Assembly: GCA_020137815.1 (NCBI GenBank)
Contig: CM035358.1
Location: forward strand, 682,001-746,000
Direction: 5' to 3'
Origin: Hormiphora californensis
Lineage: Eukaryota > Animalia > Ctenophora
Length of the DNA stretch: 64,000 bases
Shown here one piece after another: positions 46,921 to 64,000 of the stretch. A program made the position numbers and the translations under genes. The first letter of the stretch is position 1, and every line of letters begins with the position of its first letter. The notes beneath the pieces were generated by a model. The model was not told the origin of the DNA. It saw only the letters and a list, made by a program, of their open reading frames with translations, and searched no databases.

Positions 46921-49900
46921 GCTAACTTGCGATGTCGAACTTGGTGGTTGATGAAATGAGTGTTTGGGTTAGGTACTGTCGAATGCTCGTTACTAAGTTA
47001 GAGTTAGCGATGTGAGAAGTACACATCGTATGCATCTCTCATTACATTATGACCAAGCCTTGATATTGTGATAGTGTGATGATGGAGGGCAGGGAAACAC
47101 CGCATTATGAATACATAATGCAATAATTCTTGTTGATGAGCGAAATGAAATTTACATCGCAGGCGTGGCGCGCACTTTACAAAAAGCAAAAGCCGCGGCA
47201 GAGTATTTCAATCCCGCGCCTTAAAGTCGGATTTTTTGAAACTGTCACCCCCCTTGGTATTTTCAAATTTCGTAAATGAACATAAATCCGGTTCCTGACA
47301 AGATAGAGACTTGAAATTTGGAGGTTACGAAGATCTTGCTAAGTTCTTCCGAACCTCCAAATTTCAAGTCTCTATCTTATCAGGAACCGGAGATATGGCA
47401 AATTTTGTTATATCAGGGGGGTGACAGTTTCAAAAAATCCGACTTTACATTTTTCGTATCACTGGCGTCTGGCCGCAGGGCCTAAACAACAAATTTTTCA
47501 GAACTCTAAAAAAACGGAGTGCTCTCGGAAAACGTTAAAATATCAAATCTGGGCTGAAGGTGCTGAAAAGCGCTGCCTTATCCCGCGCTGCCAGGGGGCG
47601 AGCAGCGTTTGCTGAATCCGGGTGTTTTGTTGAAAAGCGTTGCCTTATAGGGATCCCTAAAAAAGTTCAGTATTTACACAGCGTTTACACAGTCTTTACA
47701 CAGTCGTTACACCCAGAGCGGCGCGTGCGGAAAACGTTAAAATCTGGGTGCCTTTCATTCCTAAACAAGTCGTGTTTTAGCGCGGCGACGGTTAGGGCGA
47801 TACGTTAGGGGTCTGAGTTAGGGTTCGGTTTGGGGTTGATCGGTTAGGGCTATCGATTCTCTAACAGATAACGTTTAGTTTCTCAAATTTGGCCATGTGG
47901 TTGCGTGGCTATAGCCGTTGAAAAAAAGTCGGTCTTAAGTGTACTCTTTTGGTAGCGCGCACTGTTAAACAGGGGTAGCAAGTAAAGTCACCACTTTTTG
48001 GCACCAAATTACTCCGTCGATAGTTTTACAATTTCTCAACTTGACATGACCTACTTTTGATTTTGCTCACACCTTAATATGATATATTTACCAATTTCTA
48101 GGTAGAATGACCTCATAGTCGCCACCATTTACGAACCTTCATCGTCGAGTAAATCATCAGCCAGCTCAGGTAAATTTCCAATTCCCCTCCTTATTTATCT
48201 TCCTGACTCTTTTCTTTTTTCTTCGCTTTCTCCCCCCCCCCAGATTCCACTTCACTAACTTGCGGTCTATATTATTCTCTCAGACGTGCACTAATAATAA
48301 GTTATTATTCCTTGATATTAGTTAGTTGGCCAATAAAGTCAGGTACTGAAGCAGGTCATGTATATTTCTTACATTACATATTTGTTTTCCACAGTTTTAC
48401 TCATTTTCCCTACTTCTAATTCTTCTCTGTCCAATCATCTTTAAACGTTGGCGTCTCTTGTGCATAAGTTATCGTCATTTGCTTGTTTATCTTGTCCCTG
48501 CGATTCAATATCAGACACTTCCTTCTATCTCTCTATCTCTTTTTTCTCTCTTTCCCCCTCTCCCTCTTTCTCCCCCTCTCTCTCTCCCTGTCTCTCTCTA
48601 ACTCCATGACCTACTGACTAGTCACTATACTTATAGTTATTACTCTCTCTCCCAGCTATGCCAATTATCATTATTATATCGTCCTGTAACGACTAAAATT
48701 ACCTAGGAAGAGCTCTCCTGTCGATATCCTGTTCCTTTATTAAAGGAGTATACCAATTGACTATCCATTAACTAAGCTTGTGGGGGAAAGGTTCACTGTT
48801 TTTAAATTATTTCCCCGTCCTTTACTGTTTACTAGTTAGCTGTCACCAGGTACACATGTGTGTAGATCTGTATCACATTGTGTTGCGTCGCGCTATCTGC
48901 AGTACCTTCAGTTATCAGTAACGCTCTTCAGATGGGTATTATTAGGAAAGCCTACCTTACTCTCCAAAATTAAGAACAAGCTTTTAAGCAACCCAAAATT
49001 AAAATACAGGAAAATTAAGGGTCCTCTTATTACTAACTCTAAAATTAAGCAAAATTAAGCAATCCTGGAGGGTGCAGATCACGAATTAAGAAACCTGTTA
49101 TTAAGCAAACTTTTATTAGGGAAATCCTACAGAGAGAGTGTTTGGGAAGAGTCACGTGATGTACATCACGTGACTCTTTCCAGCCAATAGCGCGCGAGTG
49201 TAAGATGTAGAAGGGGGAGTCATGGTTGTGTTGGCAAAGCATCGAGATAAAAAGCAATCTCGGGCATGACTAAAATTGAGAATTGAGAAAAGTTAAATGC
49301 ATGAAAACTCCATTTTCTGACTACAGTATGTCTGTCTATCTGTCAGTCTATCGGTCTATCTGTCTTGCTCAGAGGGGGAGTCTTCTTTGTGTTGAAAGAC
49401 AGAGGTAAATCTTAGAAAGAGAGAGAGGGAGAGAACGGGAGAGAAAGAGAAAGAGAAAGAGAAAGAGAAAGAGAAAGAGAAAGAGAAAGAGAAAGAGAAG
49501 GAGAAAGAGAAAGAGGAGAGATATAGCACTCTAAAACGAGGCTCCGATTCTCTCAATCGAAATGACCCCACAATCCGAATTCTCCGTGCCAGACGGTCCT
49601 ATTTCATGCCTGCATCTTCTCTCAGCTCTGTCTCTCTCTCTCTCCTCCCTCCTCCCTCCCGCCCTCCTACTCCTCCTCCCTCTCTCTCTCCCTTCCTCTC
49701 TGGCCTTAAACCAACGCCACGTCATCTAGGGAGGGACCAGTTCTCCATCATCGGATTGTGAGAACTGAGTACCCCTGAGATAGGTATCACAAGAAATGTG
49801 ATAACAAACAAGCATCGATTGATGATGATGTACTATACCTTTCATTCTTTCTGTCTTAATCGCATAATTCGTTCATGATACACCTATTCAAACTTTCTCA

Positions 49901-50332
49901 TCTCACTATACACTTACTATCCAATTTTATTCTTTTCTAATTCACGTGATCTTACTACATTTTACTTCATATCGGACTGTAGTACAAGGAAAAAGAGATA
50001 TTATAAAGAATAAGATAAGGATTAAGAAGTTAAACAGACAACCGATTGAGATGACTGATGAGTAAACAAAGACAGATGAAGAGACTAAGAAAGAAGTACG
50101 AAAGTGGGCTCAGAAAAAAAAAAAAAAAGGAAGAAGGGAAGGAGGCCCCCCCCCCCCCCCCCCCCCCCCCCCTTTTTTTTTCCGCTCTACCGTCCCCCTT
50201 TCTTCTCCCAATAAAGCATCACTGCAGCGTCACTCACTCACTCACTCACTCATCACTCACTCACTCACTCACTCACTCACTCACTCACTCACTCACTCAC
50301 TCACTCACTCACTCACTCACTCACTCACTCAC

Positions 50333-50384
<52 letters not shown>

Positions 50385-50400
50385 CCTAGTTAAAGTAACA

Positions 50401-50464
<64 letters not shown>

Positions 50465-50552
50465 CTCTCTCTCTTCCTCTAGTTAAGGTAAAAAACTCTC
50501 TCCCCTAGGGCCTAGTTAAAGTAACGGACTCTCTCTCCCCCTAGTTAAAGTA

Positions 50553-50610
<58 letters not shown>

Positions 50611-50646
50611 CCTAGTTAAAGTAACAAACTCTCTCTCTCCTCAGGA

Positions 50647-58012
<7,366 letters not shown>

Positions 58013-58193
58013 ACACTTGTTTGTTGTGTCAACTGTGTTAGTTCGTAAACGTGGTTTTATACTCCCTGTTATTATTTACTATCAATTTTCTCCATCCATC
58101 GAACAAGTTTTGTTCTAACACAGTCCACTTTTTTCAGAATACCGCAAGAGACCATAATGTTACAGCAACTAAAGGGAACAACACGTGTACAAG

Positions 58194-58271
<78 letters not shown>

Positions 58272-58499
58272 GTGGCGACAACTCGTTTTTAAGGGGGACA
58301 GGCTTGAAACTCATTCAGCATATATTCCTATATGAAATAGAGAGATATACACTACATAGTTCCATGTAAATTAACCCCTGGTCGGATTAATATTATATTA
58401 TTAACTGTTCATACACCATACCTTCTCTCATACAATCCACCGAGAGAGATCTATATATCACATGCGTCCCCCTAGACCAACTAAACACTTAGAGATGCA

Positions 58500-59702
58500 T
58501 AAAGGTAAACCCAAACTACTATACCCCTCACTTGGGTTTTGTGAAATTTCCCACGGTTATAGCTCCACTCCCTGATGAGATAGAGACTTGAAATGTGTTT
58601 TGTAGGAAGAACTCGACATGATCTCCTTACAAAACAAATGTCAAGTTTCTATCTTATCAGGTGTGGAGCTATGGGCGTCAAAAATCCGGTCGTGCGCAGC
58701 AAGGGCTATAGTAGTTTTGGTTTACCTTTAATATGTATGTGTGTGTGCATGTGCGTGTGTGTGAGTGAGTGATCGTGTTTCTTTTTTCAAATTGTTAATC
58801 CCTTGTGTATTGAATGTGCGATGTACAATAATATCAATATTACAGAGCCGAGAAAGAGATAGAGAAGGAGGGTAACGATGGAAGGCTCGTGGTGGAATTG
58901 ATCTCTGTTATTCTTTGTTTATTCAAGATCATCCTCCCTCCCTTTTTCTTCCTGTGAGAGAAAGAGAGCATATTTTTTGTTAGGGGAAGCGATCTCAGAA
59001 GTCCTTCCTTGATCTATATTAAGGGTAGTGTGTAGCGCATATTTTAAACAGAGTTACTATGCACAAGTGTGATAAAACACATTATGTTTGTGTGTGTAGA
59101 GACAGAAAGATTTTCCATGTGTATGTCTCTCTTTTTCAGGCTTTCCAATTGTGTTACAACATGTCACACCGTTATAACAAATATTTGTCTTTTATTTGGT
59201 TCGCTCCACTACCTTGCGCTGATCAAAAATATCGTCTCTATAAATCTAAAGTACACCCCAAACTACTATGTCCCTCACTCGGGTTTTGTAAAATTTCCCA
59301 CGGTCATAACTCCACTCCCTGATGAGATAGAGACTTGAAATTTGTTTTGTAGGAAGAACTCGACATGATCTCCTCACAAAACAAATTTCAAGTCTCTATC
59401 TTATCAGGGGGTGGAGCTATGGCCGTCTAAAATCCGGTCGCGCGCAGCGAGGGACATAGTAAAGTTGGATTTTTTGAAACTGTCACCCCCCTGAATTAAC
59501 AAAATTTGACATATCTCCGGTTCCTGATAAGATAGAGACTTGAAATTTGGAGGTTCGGAAGAACTTAGCAAGATCTTCGTAACCTCCAAATTTCAAGTCT
59601 CTATCTCGTCAGGAACCGGATTTATGGTCATTTACGAAATTCGAAAATACCCAGGGGGGTGACAGTTTCAAAAAATCCGACTTTAGTTTGGGGGGACCTT
59701 TA
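58500..59702. mobile_element. Two related MITEs (58500-58729, 59246-59702); the second has a nested TA-flanked MITE at 59462-59683
   Basis: AAAG(G/T)...CCCAAACTACTAT termini. The right arm GACATAGTAGTTTGGGG of copy 2 is split at TA by the AAGTTGGATTTTTTGAA element. Confidence 0.8.
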
Positions 59703-60150
59703 GTATGGAATCGACGAATGTTTTCAAAATGCGACGGATTGAGTCTCCGCGCAATTAATATTTGCGCGCGCGGCGTATATTACTTTTGCATTGAGATTCA
59801 TTTTATTTCTAAAATCTGTAAAAATCTCCAAATTTGAAAACTTTCACGATCACAACTTGGCATGCGCTGCAGACCCCAAGTGCGCGCGTTTTCCATAGGC
59901 CAAGATCACAACGAGTTTTCTACAGTCATAACAGCTGACAGCTTTTTTAAGAGCTGCACAGTGTGCATACTGGAACTGTTTTGCGCTATCATTGGTCACT
60001 CTGTGCAACCTGAACACCTGCAAGGTTGCACATCGGTTGTTTTGCTCGTTTTTAGTTCTTATACGTGGACCAGATTCCAGAACCAACTGTGGTTGTATCA
60101 GCTTCATCAACATCAGTTGTCAACATGTGAATATATTTTAGGCTCTAGGG

Positions 60151-62718
60151 ATGGTGTTCGAGAAGAAATCTCGAGTTATCGCAACCTATAGCAAACGTAA
60201 ACAGTTTGTACGGGTAGTCCGGGATACCTGGAAGGAAGACGACATTCTCAGGGACATTCGATCCGAACCACCAAAGAAACAACTCACTTCAACGTAAGGA
60301 ATGGTTTATTCTTCACGCTATTATCCGTCAATATAGCTTGTTGAAATATGTTAAACTATTATATCCAAATTGTATGGCTATTCTAGCGCTGAATTAACAA
60401 ATTTTCCACCTAGGCCAGTCCGTGAAGCTCAAAGTCGTTTTGCACCAGGGCTTAGTTCGTTACGTGTTGATTTGGCACAATCTGGATCTCTTCTCGACGT
60501 CGTTAAATCGGAACCAAGGTACAGAATCAACAGCATAATGACCTAGTAGTTGACAATCTAACCTCACTCTGAAACTATCATTCTTTTCAGACAGAGCTAC
60601 CATCCCAGACAAGTTTCTGGAAAGAGGGCTATGAGGAGGGAACCCGTGCCCCAGCCGACCCCCATACATCATCTGCTGAAGGACTCTGAACTATTTAAAT
60701 CACCTTCAGTATTCCACTCAAACTTCTCCTCCCAACTCCTTCCGTCACCTCGAACTGGGGGATGCGAAGAAAACAAAGAAAACAATGTGCTGCTACCGAC
60801 AGACTTTATAACCCCCAAAGTGGCACCACCCAATGTGACGAGACGGAGGGATGCCCCTGACTCACCTGTGCAAAACACCACCAAACCTCCTCCCTCTCCA
60901 ATAGTGCTATCACCCGTTCAGAACACCACTAAACCTCCTCCCATGGTGCTATCACCTGTAAAGATGGAATCACACCTATCCCCTCCTCCTCCTGATCCCA
61001 TCATGATAGCACCTCTCAGTCCGCCATCACCGGGAATATCACCGCAGACTGCATCCATTGGACAGGACTCAACATCACCACATCATACTGCGCCCTTTGG
61101 ACAGGACTCAACCATGGCTGAGCTTAGCATGGACCTCAGTGCTATGTCTGTAGCTGAAATGTAAGAAACAACACCTTTATTCTTTTTCTCGGTCGAATTT
61201 TTGGGTAGTTTTAGACCTCCACTAAGTAATTTTACAGAAAAGGCACAGTGGAAGAGTTAAGAATTTCGATGGTATCCTTTAGATACAACCTTAATTGAAG
61301 CTTTGGGGAGGTTTAATAATTTAATTTCCCCCGATCTCTCTTGTCTAGGTCTATCACATCTGCCACTGAACTGCCGCCCCAAGAGACACCACCAGCAACA
61401 AAAGTTGCCTTTGATCGAAGTCTGATGCTTTCCCAATCTGTCCCCTCCTTCAACAAACTAATGACGCAGTGCAACAAGGTTGACAGTCTTATGAAGCTAG
61501 TTGAACACGAGAGGTGAGCTAAACCAGGGATCTCAAATTGAAATAATTCAACTTATTGATTCAGTTAAAATAAAATAGTTTATTGATAATAACTAAAATA
61601 TATTACCATCCCGTACCATCTCAGTGTGTCCACCATCTATATTTTACAACTCTAATTCCCCCCTCAGTTCCATCAGAAAGATTGGCGAGGGCACATTTGG
61701 TGAGGTGTTCATGGGAGAGAGGGTGGTTTACAAGATAATTCCTGTGGGAGGGGATACGGTGATTAATGAGGTGGAACAAACAACGTATGAGAACGCATTC
61801 CAAGAAATAGTCGTCAGTAGACAACTATCTGATCTCGCATCTGATAAGGTTATTACAGTCGGACCCTCGATTTAACGGGAGGAAAGTTGATCCTCCCGGT
61901 AAATCGGGGTCCCAATGTATTCCATCCTGTTGATATCGTATCACATTTCTTATCATTCTGAAACTTGACCGTTAGTTTTTTATTTCAGTTCTCATGTTTC
62001 CCCCTACATAGCTGTTGTAAGATACTTCTTTCACAATTGTATTCTGAAAAAAAAACCCACAATCCTGGTGTGAACACAACCACTTCCACTTGTACAATTT
62101 GCATGACAAATTGTTATATTATTGTTATATTATTGATTATTACAGGTGGAAAACGGGAAGGCATTTTGTCAGCTGATAGACGTGGTGTACTGCAGAGGTA
62201 GCTACCCTACTTCCCTTCTCAAGGCATGGGATGAGTTCCCTAAACCAGAGAACGAGCGACCAGGTTAGAAAATATTTTGCATTTCCCAGAATTTTTCAAC
62301 TAAGTAGAAATATATTCATTCATCTCCCAGGATTTTTCAACTTAGTTAGAAATATATTTATTCATCAGCCCGATTTTTTCTCTACTTACCCTTGAAATAT
62401 GTTCATTTATTTCCCCGAGTTCATTCAATTCTTTTACCTGGATTTACATCGCCATGGTTTTGATGGTTAGGTGTTTTTTTTTCTTCTTGAACCTGATCCC
62501 TAGACACCCTACCTGATTCCCCCCACCAACCCCCCCCCCCCCCCAGATACCCTGCCTGAGGATCAACAGTACGTTGTTTTACTATCACACTACAGTGGGA
62601 TCCAGCTGGAGGAGTTCTGTTCCAACCACAAGCTCACCCCTGACGAGACGCACTCCATTTTGCGGCAGATTTGCTGCTCTCTTGCTGCAGCTGAACAGAA
62701 GTACCAGTTTGAACATAG
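60151..62718 (+). CDS. HASPIN: Haspin histone H3T3 kinase, 5' part (continues beyond the window)
   Basis: N-terminal TYSKRK, low-complexity S/P region, KIGEGTFGEVF..YKIIPVGG..EIVVSRQLS, CRGSYP.LLKAWD...ENERP, DQQYVV, SLAAAEQKYQFEHR. Confidence 0.88.
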
Positions 62719-63054
62719 GTAATAGAGAGGGGGATCTATGGAAATTATAATCAAGAATGGGTACAGCTGTGGGTAACAAATGTCGAGGCTCCAGAGGGGG
62801 GAGGAGGTTACAGAGAGGGGGAAGATCGGAGAGTGAGAGAGCAATGGGGTGGGATGAACGGTGCCGTTATTGCACCACTACTCTATTGGGGATTAATAAA
62901 TGCATACATCATGTGGGTTACAGGATAAATGGGGTGGAGAGAGATATATCAGATATATTCATATATAATTCACATGATATTGCTTACCTTTTGAAATTTG
63001 CATTATTATGGCTAAAAGATGAATGAGTAAGAAAAATAATATTTTTATTGAAGC

Positions 63055-64000
63055 ATAATAATAATAATAATAATATTCCGCGCTTATATACCGCCCATAC
63101 CCGACAGAGACATGCCAAAATATTGACGATGTTCCACCGAATCATCAGAGCGGTATATCCTCGACTAATTATATGACACACTCGAACAGCTCTGGTTGAA
63201 AAACAATATATAGATGACTAAATAAACTTGACTTATAAAACTGAGGGAATAACTGGTCCCATAATCCTGTAGATATAAATTAAAACACACTATACTCACA
63301 CCTGCTCGAAAAAAGGATACTAGGTAATGAATTAATAACATGGCTAGAGAGAGGATGACACTGATTGCCCGCAGGCCCCACAACTACAACAAACATTACA
63401 ACTCAGCCATGGGTTCCCCATCACCCACTCCAAATGCACCAACGAAGAGATGTGTTTTCAGCCGGGTTTTGAAAGTATCCACATTGGGGATTGACCTGAG
63501 CTCAAGAGGAAGCTCATTCCAGACAGAAGGCAGGAATACTGATAACCTCCTACGTCTCAACTTAGAGTTGGCATTGATACTGGTCATCTTTGGATGTTTT
63601 AACCTATAGGGATCTGGAACATTAGTCATCCTCGTTGTCCTAGAGGTTCCCCAAGTCTCATCACGTGGCACCAAATCCTGGAGATAACACGGGGCTGTTC
63701 CATTGACTATTTTATAGGCAATCAAACATGCTTTGAAGTCCAACCTGTAGGAGATCGGCAAAATATGACACTGCCTGAAATACTCCATGTAGTTGTCCTG
63801 GTGTCCGTGGAGGTTAAATACAAAACGAACACAGGCATTGAGAAGCTTCTGGAGCCCACTGAGAACTCGACCAGGAAGTCCACAATACAGAATGTTACTG
63901 TAGTCTATCCTCGATAAAATCAACTGTTTGACCAACATTATCTTTGTTGGGATATCAAAACACCTGTGCAGTTGCCAAAGGTTTCGTAACATCAGCCCAC
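63055..64000 (-). mobile_element. 3' end of an L2/CR1-type LINE (ORF2 C-terminus 63396-63992) in a haspin intron
   Basis: ILSRIDYSNILYCGLP..LQKLLNACVR..ILPISYRL..WNELPLELR..TFKTRLKTHLF, then a 3' UTR and an (ATT)n tail at 63055-63072. Confidence 0.88.

Larger units (their letters stand above)
43190..47970. mobile_element. Nest of MITE/foldback elements filling the divergent MEIOB-CK2B intergenic region
   Basis: Many inverted pairs, e.g. 43190-43715, 44231-44465, 44497-44638, 44640-44870, 45002-45794, 46558-46920, 47224-47445. Confidence 0.8.

Noticed and set aside
59850-60191. ORFs on both strands upstream of haspin
   Set aside because: No recognisable motifs or exon structure; probably promoter or 5' leader DNA.

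Overview
Eukaryotic, intron-rich animal DNA. Gene style, nested genes and acceptors next to start codons suggest a ctenophore-like invertebrate, but that is inference only. Spliced genes recovered by hand: CDK9, PCBD and CC2D1/Lgd (+, tightly packed), a TSP1-repeat secreted protein and MEIOB (-), CK2 beta and the 5' part of haspin (+). Two large introns host other genes. A CC2D1 intron holds a ShKT-LDLa-SMB-7TM GPCR, whose own intron holds a 3.15-kb TIR/TSD-bounded element carrying an intact single-pass receptor gene with an ITAM-like tail. An 8.1-kb MEIOB intron holds a secreted fascin/aerolysin-type pore-forming protein, a METTL27-like methyltransferase and a Helitron-like tandem array carrying perfect RFX X-boxes. 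Non-coding DNA is dominated by foldback/MITE elements of several TSD classes that share a fixed-length (115-117 bp) dyad module. It also contains tandem amplifications of 3' splice sites, an ORF1-only LINE and a LINE 3' fragment. Six +1 frameshifts in three genes look like consensus errors. Coordinates were counted by hand and may be off by a few bases.
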